From: Nemertoderma westbladi
Lineage: Eukaryota; Animalia; Xenacoelomorpha
Direction: 5' to 3'
Length of the DNA stretch: 46,239 bases
Assembly (NCBI GenBank): GCA_032718475.1
Contig: JAUCBJ010007491.1
Coordinates: 1-46,239, forward strand
Under the pieces are notes generated by a model, which had not been told where the DNA came from, searched no databases, and saw only the letters and a program-made list of their open reading frames with translations. A program made the translations under genes and the position numbers. Below, piece after piece: positions 1 through 11,926 of this stretch. Each line of letters begins with the position of its first letter. Within the stretch, counting starts at the first letter, position 1.

Positions 1-835
1 TCCATTGTATATATTCAGAAAGAAAACAAATGAAACATAATAAATAATTAATTAATTTAATGAAGCATTAAATGTTAATCTTAAAATAAATTCCTGATCT
101 GCTCATTTTTGCTATAGTATCTGTGACCAAAATATGCATACCCCCCCCCCCCCCCCACCCCCCCCCCCCCCCCCCCTCCCCCCACTAATAAGTCTACAAA
201 TCTCAATGAGATTGCATGAAATTTGAAACAGAGATAGTTTCATCTAACTCCTCCTTAGTGGGTGAATCAGAATTTATTTTTATTTTTGTTCTCATTTTTT
301 TAGTTACAAGCTTTTAAAAAAGCTGAAAAAAGCGATTATTTAACATTTTATACAGCTGTAATCGATTTTTCACGCCTTCGTAGGCAGACTTATAAAACGC
401 ACTTCCTCGTGATACTAAATTTAGATGCAGTATATAAATTCCCTATATTACTTCAGTCCACATTCCTCACCATAATCCCCTGACATATTATCTAATATTT
501 ACCGGCTCCCAACCTTTGCATTCACCTTCAAAGCCCTCAAACAACCAATTAACCCAATAGCTAGTAATACCTTCCCTGGCAATTCTCTCCCAATTACCCT
601 CACCCAATGGGAGAGCCTCATTCCCTCAGCCTGATTCCATCAGGTTGGCTTATAATACATCCCAGGAAGCCCGTCTTATTTGTTATATCCAATAAACTCA
701 GTGACATTAAGTTTGTGTATACATTATTGGACAGTTCCACCTGTCAATTTCAATTATAGTTTAACGTGTATTATCAATATTTAGAAATTCTTGCTTAGGA
801 AAGACCTCAGTCCTTAGCAAGTGATAATTAGTGGT

Positions 836-1670
836 CTACTACTAGGATCAGCATGCTGCAATGCAGCTGCATTTTTAAGAATGCTGTGCCGGCTTATCGA
901 CAAAATTGCACCGCCACAACTCCCTATCACCCATGACATTTGCTAGATTATCCGCATCTTCAAGGCCAGTGTCCTTTAAGATGCGTCTCAAGAAAGTCAT
1001 GGGCTGTCCACCATGCTTATTCACTCCATGAGGCTGCCAAAGTACAAGATTATGCACTGGCTGGTCCTCACGGCGAAAGCAATGTCCTGCAAAGCAGAGG
1101 CGATTTTGTTCTAGTGTCAAGCTTGGGGGAACCAATGAGACACCTCCAATGTTATATAGTGTCTGGTTGGAGTTGTGTGCATTGTACTTGACACAATGAA
1201 CCCGGCGTAGCATTCTTGTGAATGTGCCAACCAGAGATTTGGTGTCCTCAGCAGTTAGAGCCCAGCATGGACTCCCATAGAGGAGTACTGGAACTACTGC
1301 AGCTCTAAATAATCGGACCTTAAGTTTCCGATTAATTATCGTTGACTTCCAAATCCTGGAAAGCCTATTCAAGGCTGCCCATGCCTTTCCCTTACGTATT
1401 CGAAGGTCCTCACCTGACTTCCGGATCCATCAGCCCAGGTAACAGAAATCATCCACATGCTCAAGCATACCATCTTTTGAGCTAATGCTCATCCGATCAG
1501 AGACTTGCTGAGGACTTTCAAAGTTAACTGTCAAAATTTTTGTCTTTCTGGAGTTAATAAAAAGACCAACACTAGAAGCAGCATGTTCTAATGAGCTGAG
1601 GAGCCGTTGGGCTCCCTCCCTCTAGTGATTCTGAGAGTACTCCTAAGTCATCAGCAAAGTCTAGACGGTC
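836..1670 (-). mobile_element. RTE-clade non-LTR retrotransposon, 5'-truncated copy 1 (RT C-terminal half, frameshifted)
   Basis: Minus strand reads LDFADDLGVLSESLE (RT motif, ~1620-1665), then ORF 875-1372 with RTE-type C-terminus (LLYGSPCW, FAGHCFRR, LVLWQPHG); short 3' UTR and (TAG)n tail at 836-845. Left limit clear, right limit approximate. Confidence 0.9.
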
Positions 1671-3655
1671 AGGGCCCAAACCGATTAGGTTCTCTGTTCG
1701 CAGAACACCGACAACTTTTCCGGCCACGGAACTAGTCCAGCAGAATGCCTTTATAGAATCCTGGAATTTGTGGGACGAGAGGATCTCAGCAACTAAGCGA
1801 AAACGAACAATAGGATGTTCCTAGACCCCCCCCCCCAAAATTTATCCAGAAGACTTTTCGCCATACATAATGTGTTAAAAAAGTCTACGGTTCTCCGTCT
1901 AGGACCAATTTGAGTCAAAAAATCCGCTTCCCTAGCAACCGCGTTGCTATGCGCATAAGTCCAGAACCGCTAATGCTACGGACTTGGGACCGGCGCCAAT
2001 CGATAGGCAGCATATGGGTTTACATTCAGGTAACTTTTTTTGGAGCGATCAGATCATGATCTTGACCATGATCAGCAAAGATCAGTTTTGATCAGCAATC
2101 GGACACTCAAGGCTTGCTCCAATCGCAAAACTTAACATTACAAAAAGAATCAGCGACCCCACATTAGTCATGATTCCCGTTAAAAGATTTAAAAAAAGTG
2201 AATTCTTCCTGATCAAAACGCAAGATCATGATCGCGCCAAGATCGGACTTCGTAAAATCGTAACTAAGCATTTTGGATATAAACAATTACTGTAGGAAAC
2301 GTTCAGAACACCGCCCTGAGTCGATTAAAAAAAAAATTGGCTCGATCGGACAACCGGTTCTCGAGATCTGATACCTGATCATTAAAGATCATTATTTTCG
2401 GTTTTTTCCAATTTTCTCGAAAACTTTGTTTGAGACCCCCGATTTTTTTTTTACGAATCGACTTCTATGATGAAGGGGCAACTTTTGAGCATTTCGAAAT
2501 TTTCAAAAAGCGATTTGATCAGGCCGCGATCAGAAAAGATCGTGTTTTTGGTTTTATTTCGAAGACCAAGTCCTGGGAGTTCACCGTATGGAAAAACTTA
2601 ACATCACAAAAAGATTCCTCACCCTCGAATTATGGGGGGTAGCCAAAATTTGGGCATAAAAAAGTTCAAGTCTAGTGGGTCAAAACTCAAGATCATGATC
2701 GCGAAAAGATCAGTATATTTAAAATCGAATCTAAGCATTTTTCTAATAAACATTCATTGTAAGAAATGTTCAATGGTCTATTCTGAGTTGATTAAAAAAA
2801 AATTGGCCCGATCGGTCAACCGGTTCTCGAGATCAGCTTCCTGATCATAAAAGATCATGTTTTTCGGTTTTTCCCGATTTTCTCGAAAACTTTGTTTGAG
2901 ACCCCCGATTTTTTTTTTACTAATCGACTTCTATTAAGAAGGGGAAACTTTTGAGCATTTCGAAATTTTCAAAAAGCGATTTGATCAGGCCATGATCAGG
3001 AAAGATCATGTTTTCGGTTTTATTTCGAAGACCAAGTCCTGTGAGTTCACCGTATGAAAAAACTTAACATTACAAAAAGATTCCTCACCCTCGAATTAGG
3101 GGGGGTAGCCAAAATTTGACCATAAAAAAGTTCAATTCTAGGGGGTCAAAAGATCATGATCGCGAAATGATCATTTTTTTCGAAATTACTTCTGAGCATT
3201 TTGGGGCAAAACTTTCAAACTAAAAAACATTCACTGGAGTGTTCTAAGTAGATTAAAAAAAATTTCGACTCAATAGGCCTACCGGTACCGGAGATATGGT
3301 CGTCCAAAGTCTGCTTCCGGTAATTCGAAAATATTTCGAAAACGCTTGATCGAATTTTTTCCTTGAAAATATGTGAATGTACAGTTAGTGGACCCGCATC
3401 TAACGATATATCACAATCCATATTTCGGATGACAGGTACCGGTGAAATCAGACTTTACCGAAAAAAATTCAAATTTTAGCTACTCATGTCTGACTATCTC
3501 GAAAACTATAATAGGTATGGAAATACTTTCACTGCAAGAAATGTTCGCCTATCCAATGCGCTTCTAACTCTGTGCTCGGATTTTGCATAGTGTCAAAACC
3601 TACAACTTAACCCCCCCAGCGGAGGGAACGGAGTGACCGGAGCGCCAGTACTATC
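1670..3655. mobile_element. Non-autonomous element with ~466-bp internal tandem repeats, probably Helentron/Helitron-like
   Basis: CAACCGGTTCTCGAGATC recurs at 2351 and 2817, with a diverged copy near 3280; GATC-rich units; GC-rich imperfect hairpin end at ~3617-3650; no coding capacity. Confidence 0.55.
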
Positions 3656-5732
3656 TTTCATTATTATGAAGTAATAAGGGCGGTGGGTGGGGTAGGTGGT
3701 GAACACTATTTATAGGGTGGAGGGAGGGTCTAGTATATTACTTTAGGATATTTGATTTCTTTGCAATATAGTTTAGCTGCCTCAGTCTTATTTGTAATAT
3801 GTTATACATTATACCAAATTATATCAAGTTTTAACATACTACATTGTCTACCTGTAGGGAAATATACAATGTAGGGCTCATAATATATTTATAAATAGAT
3901 TTAGTATATTTACATTGTATAACAGAGTTAATTGATACTATTACGGTATTATACTAAAGACACCGCTTTGATATATCTGATCAAATGGCAATTTCTTGTA
4001 TATTATCTATTTCACTATCTTGGGTATATCATTCAATTTCTAAAACTATAATAATAAACATTTACTTTACTTCTTGTTTACTCGCATGGATATATTGATA
4101 TAAAACACTTCAGTATAATATCTTATAGGGCCAAACGCAGATTAATCGGATATAATATGTTTAATTATTATTACAATTGGCACATTGAAGTAAGTAGTAC
4201 ATGAGTTTGATAAAATAATTATGAATCTGTATCTTATTCTACTTTGTCTATATGGTTATGTTATATAATAATGTTACTTTATCACTTTGGTTTAAACCGA
4301 TCTCCTTTACTATTACTTACTACTTATACTACTACTACTACTATTACTACTACTGCTACTGACTACTACAGAGTTATATATTATAAGAGGATGGGGTTCG
4401 TGATTATTAGTTATTATACAAGTGCCCCTCGGCTATAGAGAGTCCACCCTCGGTTGCTTACTGGATCAGTTAGGTACTTGGCAGGATTTCCTCGACTTCT
4501 GGAGCCAGTACGTGGAGAATGAGGTGGATAATTAGGGGTCAACTTCTTATTGACCTGAACACAGGGTTTAAAAGGGGCCACATTTCACTCACTGGCAGCT
4601 ATTTTGGCTCAAGTTCTCCGCTCAGGGCTGAACTGTTCCTACAACCATCCCTATGGTGCTTAGGAGTGTGGGTAGTTCCCACCGAGATTGAGCTTTTGGC
4701 CAAACCAGCCCTCTAGTGCTTTCGCACTCTGTCCACTGGCGGCTCATCGGCGTGACCTCGGTTAAACATTTGTGTGTAGGACAAAGTAGCAGTATCTTCC
4801 CGGGTTTTGACTCTGGTCAAACCTCTGAGTCGTAGGACTATGTAGCAGCTAACTTCCTGCGTTCAATCGGTCTCACCCCCCGTTTGAAAACAGAAAGTAA
4901 CCTGGTGTTTGTTTTCTAATAGCGTGAAGCCGCACCAAGTATTTCACAACTGTATTACGACCTGTTATTTTCAGACCTATTTTCATACTATTGTGTATTT
5001 TTTGGATTATTTTCGAGGCTATACTTTTACTTTGGTTCCTAACGGACCCAAAGCACCCCTCCTCCTGTTTCTCTTTTGCCCACTTCCCAGAGGTTTTTCT
5101 ATGGTGTTACGTTACGTACAGTACAATTCACTATTTTTATCCAAAGGAAGACATTAATAATATCTGGAAAATAGAAATCACTGTGGTTTTGCACTATCTG
5201 AGAAAGGTTGTGGAAGTCCGTAAAGTACAAGTCGTTGTAAGACCATGTTTTATGCGAGCTAGTTCAAGTCAGTCATCACATCCGAGAAACCAAAACTGTA
5301 AACGAAGTGTGTAAGCACTATGTATTTTGAGATACTTTTGCCGTTTAGGAGCTCGCCAAAGTGCCTACCTTTCGTTTTATTGTTTGGGTTTTTTTTCAGC
5401 CAACTATAGATCCTCCCAGAGAGGCCAATACTACCATTGTTCTTGCCCAAATTATTTTCATACAAATTGAAATAATTTTAATAGGCTCGTGGTAGCACTC
5501 ACGGTCATGGGTAGCGCTTGCTGAATAGGTTATTTAAATAGCAATTGCAAACACTTGGTCACAAAATCCGAGAGTAATTTCGTAGGTTCTAAATTACAAT
5601 TGCGCATTGCCTACGAATCTGTATTTGAAGAAAGAGACTGATACATCTACCGACGGAAGAAGTATTTAGGGAGTAGCGTTTCCCCTTTTGTTACTGAAAA
5701 CCAGAAGTCAGAAAACCGCTCGCACTCCACCC

Positions 5733-5986
5733 TACTACTACTACTACTACTAGGATCGGCATGCTGCATTGCAGCTGCATTTTTAAGAATGCTGTGCCGG
5801 CTTGTCAACAAAATTGCACCGCCACAACTCCCTATCACCCATGACATTTGCTAGATCATCCGCATCTTTAAGGCCAGTGTCCTTTAAGATGCGTCTCAAG
5901 AAAGTCATGGGCTGTCCACCATGCGTATTCACTCAATGAGGCTGTCAAAGTACAAGATTATGCACTGGCTGGTCCTCACGGCGAAA
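5733..5986 (-). mobile_element. RTE-clade LINE, 5'-truncated copy 2
   Basis: Near-identical to the 3' end of copy 1; (TAG)n tail; 11-bp TSD GCACTCCACCC at 5722-5732 and 5987-5997. Confidence 0.95.
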
Positions 5987-7315
5987 GCACTCCACCCACA
6001 CGAGGTCTGCTAAAACTATAGCTACGAAGGATAGGGTTAGGGAATAAAACAACCTATTAGGCCCAGATATAATACTGGTATAAACGCCTAGCCCTGTATT
6101 ACTATGTCCCCCGTATGTTTGTTTGTTTGCTTATTTATGTTATCTGTTATATGTTGTGTTGTTCTGTAGATGAACCAGATACTCAAGGGTAACAGCTGTG
6201 GGCTGGTAAGTCTGGTTCACTTGCGGGTGAATCTTTGTAACTCGTCCCTTGGGGTAAAAGTTTAAAATTTTACCCAACAGTATGTGGATTGGTACGTTAT
6301 TAGAGTAACCGTATTAGTGTTGCTCGATAGACCCCGACGTCTACCTTTGTGTAGCCGTGTGAAGTAAGTAAGTTGCGTTTTGACGGTGTCCCATAAAACG
6401 CAAGCCCAAATCTTACACGTCCGTATTTGTCTGTGTGTTATCCCTAACCAAACGGGTGGAAACGTTTGGTCGCGTTTCGATGGGTGTGTGTAGGGTAAGT
6501 TCTTATCTCACGTCCTGATTTTCGCACATGTTTGGTCATGTATGTTTGCGTTACAGCTGTTGAGTATTAATGTAATGTAAGCAACTTCAGAGGTTACTTC
6601 TCTGAATGTAGCGTAAGCTATAATCACGTTGGGTGAGAAACCCAACAACCCCTTGGGCCCCCGTATGATTTATAGCGAAACCTAGAGAATTAATTTCTGT
6701 TGTGTCCACAATCTTGATTGAGTGTAGCAAGTAAGTACTGTCCCTTGTGCGCATACCATTACATTATTTACTAACTAATTAATAAAGTGGAATAGGTTAG
6801 GCCTATTTAGTTTAAGAATAATTCTGAACCACCAAATATTCTGGTCAGTGTTTATCGAGGCAAATCACCGTTATTTGGGAAAATTTTTATTATCTAAAAG
6901 TATTAAAAATATTTCAAACCGGAATAGTGTATTTTTTTTTGGTGTATACTGATTTTTTTCAAAAATTAACTGTTGCGGACTTTATCAACGTTTATATTAA
7001 TGTTATCCTGGGATAACAGACCATATACACCAATGAAGGGCTGTCGGTTTTAAGTACTACAGCCATCAACTGAGACTTTTTTCATACTGTTAGCCTCTGG
7101 TTTATTTCGTACCCTCGAAATTAGATACCCTTACTTTATAGGGTTGCTCGATTCTTAGGCAGTTTCCAGCTGCTGTCTTTCCTTTTATAACAGGTTTGGA
7201 ACTGTAGTTTGGAAAACGTACAGGTTCCTGAGAAAGTGGTGATTCGACCTCAGCGTCCTCCGGGAAGCATCGGAGAAGACACCGTAAAAGAGACAACCGA
7301 GATTATCAACGACAA

Positions 7316-7585
7316 ATGGGTGATATCTTAGCAACATCTCTGGGAGGACCAAGACTGGAACCGACAAAATTCAGTGGGAACCCAGAGGAATTCATTTCAT
7401 TCACGGCACGCTTCATTGCTCAAGTCTATAGTAAAAACGTTCCCATAACCACCAAGATGAGACGCCTGTTAACCTACCTATCCAGCAAGGCGCTATAGAA
7501 GGTGAAACATTATGAGGGTATTGACGATGGATATCAACAAGCATGGGACGTGTTGGAAAGAAACTTTGGTAACCCATCAGCCATG
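7316..7585 (+). pseudogene. BEL/Pao LTR retrotransposon gag fragment (DUF1759-like)
   Basis: PRLEPTKFSGNPEEFISF...KMRRLLTYLSSKAL*KVKHYEGIDDGYQQAWDVLERNFGNP matches the BEL/Pao gag pattern; in-frame stop; truncated by a MITE fragment at ~7588. Confidence 0.8.
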
Positions 7586-7587
7586 CC

Positions 7588-7680
7588 ACTGTAACATGCT
7601 ACTTTCTCTAAAGTGAGAATTTAACATTGAGGTGGGATATTCATTCGCAAAGATGGGATTTGCGTCCAGTCCCCCCCGTC
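7588..7680. mobile_element. Terminal fragment of the Mutator-like MITE family seen at 11416-11926
   Basis: GATGGGATTTGCGTCCAGTCCCCCCC is the reverse complement of the left end of the 11416 element. Confidence 0.7.
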
Positions 7681-10214
7681 ACGTCGGTGTGGCCTAATTG
7701 CCAGAAGGGGTGTCGGTTGGGGAACATCAATTTTGTTATTTGTAAATTTTACTCAGGGCTGCCTACTCCTTACGCATTAAACAGGTAAATCATAATTATT
7801 TTGTCTAATTCACTAATGTTTGGTGTTATATATTGTTACGTGGACCATTTATTGGGTTTAGTTAATTAACAAATACTACTACCATATAGGCCTATACTAA
7901 CAAATACACAGCAAGCTGGCTGGAAGCCAAGCTTGCTAATAATATGAAGCAAATAATTTCATTATCAAGCGTGTTTACAAGATATAAGATTACCGAATAT
8001 TTACTAGTGAAGGGGCTGGCAGCCCGATAACGAAGGTAGCGGTTACGAATTTGAATTCCTGGTAACAAATCTGAGTTTCTAGTTACAAATGAGTCTTTTA
8101 ACAAAGTGGAGTTCCGGTTACAAATGGTTACGAATTGGCGTTATTAAATATTGTCGAGGCGTTTATGGGAAGCTAACCTGAAGATGCCTAGTAAGCCGTT
8201 ATGTAGTTCTTATGAGTGTTATCAAAGCCTCGGTATACCTGCCGCATATGGCAGGAACACTCACGCAAGTGTGAGGGTATATATATATTATCTAATATAT
8301 ATAGAAACAATGTGATCCAGTCTCCTATCAAAAATGAAACCTAACTACAAATAAACACTTAATAACTGCACAAATAACTATCCTATATATTAGAAAATAC
8401 AGGACATTTAGTCCGCCGAAAGGGGTAAGTCTACATACTAAATTTGATAAAAATAAAGGGTTTCAGGATTTAAACACTGTACCCGGGGAAACACAGCTCC
8501 ATCATCAGCAGTGTACTGTGAGTCCCTATCCTATCTAAATACAGCACAGTACCAATTGACCTTTATAATACAGGAAATGAAACCAAATACTGAAATAGAG
8601 AAATAAACAAATCAGACCGGTAGTAAATAGATGAAACCCAAAAACTGATACCACTAAAGCCTAAATAAAATACATGAAACCAAAATAAGAATGAACCCAA
8701 ATGAGAATAGTGACCCAATAGCGAACTACTACAGTATATCTAACCTGCATAACAAATATATCTATAATGGCTGTATTGCACAGTCTAATAATAGATATGT
8801 TATATAATGGTATGAATACAGCAGTAAAGCAACCCAAAGGCCATACAGACACCCCCCCCCCCCCCCAAACACTGATAGAATAATGATACCCAATAGAAAC
8901 TCCCAGAACTATATTATCTAATATATATATCTTAACAAGATCTAGAATTAGTTACTGTAAGTATAAGGCCTCAGCACTTTCAAACTGCTTCAAAGGGGTA
9001 CGATAGTTACGTGTAAACCGTTCCGTTATATTGTGTTGTTGGCTAGTGGATGTACGTATGACTTACATATATCACAGGTAGGATGCTACTTTGCCTAGTG
9101 CGTGATAAGCGCACAATTTACTCGAATCACTTGCATCGCTGGTAAAGGACAGTTACTAGTTGGGAATAATATAACAATACTATGGACTCACACATTCGCA
9201 TTAAATGAACCGAATCTTATTACTGACAAGGCGCACTTACACTCACCGTGTGGAAATCGAGTTGATTTGATCTCTGGTCCAATATATTAATCAACAAGTA
9301 ATGCAATAATAATAGATTGCAAATGATTAGTTGTTAATGCAAGCAATTAGGTAAAATATCGTAGGCCACTATAACTAACGATGAAAATATAAGATTTCTG
9401 TATACAGTTAGCATTGGCAGCAAAAAACATTAATATTACAGTTTTATATATTATGCTTCGATGTATAGAACTAATTATGTAAAAATCCAATCCTACTTCA
9501 TACAATGATTACTAAGAAATTCGATCTATTATTAGTTGCATAATTCTAGAACAAAATCAACCTGCAAAAGTGAAGACCTCGTTTTGGAATTTCGAAACCA
9601 TGCTAGTCCGATGCGCGTTATCGAGTTTAGTTAATAAATTAAAAATTTATTTTATTTACTTTTTATATGCACCCAGTAATGTACTGGTTACGAAAAAATT
9701 TTTTTGAAATTTTTTTTCTGAAAAAATAAACATGGAAAAAGTATATTTTTAAAAAGATTTGATGTCTATGCAATTTTAGTATTAATTGTGGGGTAGGGGA
9801 TGTCTGTTATCTATTCTAAATAAAACACGTTCGTGGGGCCTTCGCGCAGCACGAGGCCCAGTTATGAGATACAAATTAAAATTGTGCGACTGTATCACAA
9901 AATCAGGTTATGAGAGATTAACCCACACCACCAATTAATCAAAGAAAGGGGGACAGTACGTGTTCACCCCTTTTAATCTGCACCCCCCCCCCCCCCCTCC
10001 CCCACCCACCAATACATAACCGCGACATCTACCACCCACGGAAGGGTAGCACGAACTTATTTCCAAACGCACGTTCAATATGCAAAGCCAGGTGGTTTAT
10101 AGGAATATAATCAATGCAGTACTCGTCTTCATTATAAGCCTCTTTGCGTTCGACCTGTTTTATATTAAAATATATTTATTAAACGCAGGCTGACGCTCTT
10201 TATAATAATAATAC

Positions 10215-10555
10215 CTAGGGATGCCAGCTTCCAGACTTTCAATCTTTACTGCCACGCAAACCCCGCAGAGGAAGTTTTGGTTTGAGAGATCAAGCCCATC
10301 GGCAATTGGTGTTTCAATTTCGGTCCAGGAACTCTGACAATGGGAGCATTCAATCTTAGCTGTGGTCCATTCCCGTGGTTTCGGCTTCCTTTTCTTCGTC
10401 CCAATGACAGATTCTTCTGAAGACGTTCGATTCGCTTTCAGTTTATTGTTGGCGTTTGTGTTTTGAAGTTGTATTCGAGTGGACAGTCGCGCCGGTTTCG
10501 AGGTAACCATACCGACCTGTGATAAGCGTTGGTTTTGTTGAGTGCCGGTATTCAT
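10215..10555 (-). pseudogene. Zinc-finger-like (CxxC...CxxC) ORF fragment, probably a LINE ORF1 N-terminus, inside HINE copy A
   Basis: ORF 10160-10555: basic KKRKPKPR stretch then CSHC...CGVC; the last ~18 codons run into HINE sequence shared with copy B. Confidence 0.45.
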
Positions 10556-10984
10556 CTTCTTTCACCTCTTCAATGTCAGATGTTGCAAATACTGATAACA
10601 CGAATAACGGTATATATTTCAATACTTGTCAATAGTAATATATATAATTTAGATAACTATTTTATATCTGTACTGTTGAGCAAACTCTACATAAATTTCA
10701 ACCTGTGTATCGCCGGTAGTGCTGTTGCTGTGCAAGTGCTGAAGTGCTAGTTGCCACCGGTCACGCGGTCAGCCGGTACCGGTAGTAGGGTGGTACCATG
10801 GCCTACTACACACAGGCCATGACAAGGACTTGCCGTGAAATTAGCGTAGGCTGACTGATGAATTATCAAATATTATATTTTCCACGAATGCAGGGTCCAT
10901 ATTTAAAAGAAGATGACTAGATTTTCGTAAAGAATTTAATTGAAACAGTATTTAATAATTAATAAATTAATTATCGCTCGAGTT

Positions 10985-11330
10985 CCTGCAGCTTTTATTC
11001 GTGTTTTATTCGTATTCATGTTTGAACGCTAATAAGTCGGTCAATCATGGATGAAATGGAACCAAACTTGGTACTCATGTAGTCTATAAAAAATTTAGAA
11101 ATTCTACACACAGACAGACTTCTACAGTTCCCCGGTCTGCCGCTAGGGGGCGAATTAACAGAAACGTAAAAATAGCTGTAATTATAGAACCAACGATCAG
11201 ATTCATCTGAAATTTAGTAGTAGTTACCTAAGAGCATTGCTTAATTAGAAATTCTACAGAGACTTTTACAGTTCCTGTCTGCCGCTAGTGGGGAATTGTT
11301 AGAGCTCCAGTTCAACGTGCTTAGCACGGT
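10985..11330 (+). mobile_element. HINE-family fragment in inverted orientation nested in copy A
   Basis: Reverse-complement similarity to ~21240-21530 (ACCAAACTTGGTACTCATGTAG vs CTACATGTGTACCAAGTTTGGT). Confidence 0.6.
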
Positions 11331-11415
11331 TTAATAAACAATCAATTAATTATTTTATTCAATACAGTAATTATAACAGTAAAATGCAATGTATTCTATT
11401 TTTTAGTGAAATCAA

Positions 11416-11926
11416 GAGATAGGAGGGGGGGGGGGGGGGAGACTGGACGCAAATCCCATCTTGGCGAATTAATATCCCGCCTCAAGGTTATCGTTCATAT
11501 GCGTACCTCTGGCAAAAGAAGCAGGTTACAGTGGTGGTGTTTTCTAACCAAAACAATAAACTAATCTCCATTACTTAATTAACGGAAAGGAGCAGGTTAC
11601 AGTGGTGGGCTTTTCTAACCAAAACAATAAACAATATCTCAATAACATAGGGTATTTCATAGTTATAGTCTTATTTTTGCAATACGAAAATACCAGAGGT
11701 ACGCATATGAACTATAACTCGCCTCAATATTAATTTCTCAATTTTGGGAAAGGAGCAGGTTACAGTGGCACGTTATTTTAACCAAAACAATAAAGTAAAC
11801 ACAATAGAACAGGTTACAGTTTTATTTTTGAGAGTAATCAGCTGTTGTTATTTGCGTCCAATTTCCCCTGGAGAGGGATGAATTTTTATTGCGTCCAGTC
11901 CCCCCCCCCCCCCCCCCCCCCTATCT
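11416..11926. mobile_element. Mutator-like MITE (511 bp)
   Basis: TIRs AGATAGG-polyG-GACTGGACGCAA / TTGCGTCCAGTC-polyC-CCTATCT; 9-bp TSD TGAAATCAA at 11407-11415 and 11927-11935; contains reverse-strand monomers of the 68-bp satellite. Confidence 0.8.

Noticed and set aside
141-184. Poly-C/G tracts (also 11890-11921, 24450-24493) as regulatory G-quadruplexes
   Set aside because: Homopolymers mostly inside TE termini; lengths are error-prone and there is no independent support.
2430-3421. Short ORFs of 68-70 aa
   Set aside because: They lie in non-coding tandem modules and are not preserved between repeat units.
8172-8210. Second minimal hammerhead (CTGAAGA TGCCTAGTAAGCC GTTA)
   Set aside because: The GAAA box is replaced by GTTA and stem II is mismatched; at most a dead Penelope-like remnant.
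8232-8290. Rho-independent terminator-like double hairpin
   Set aside because: Eukaryotic DNA; more likely an orphan Helentron-type terminus, with no partner end found.
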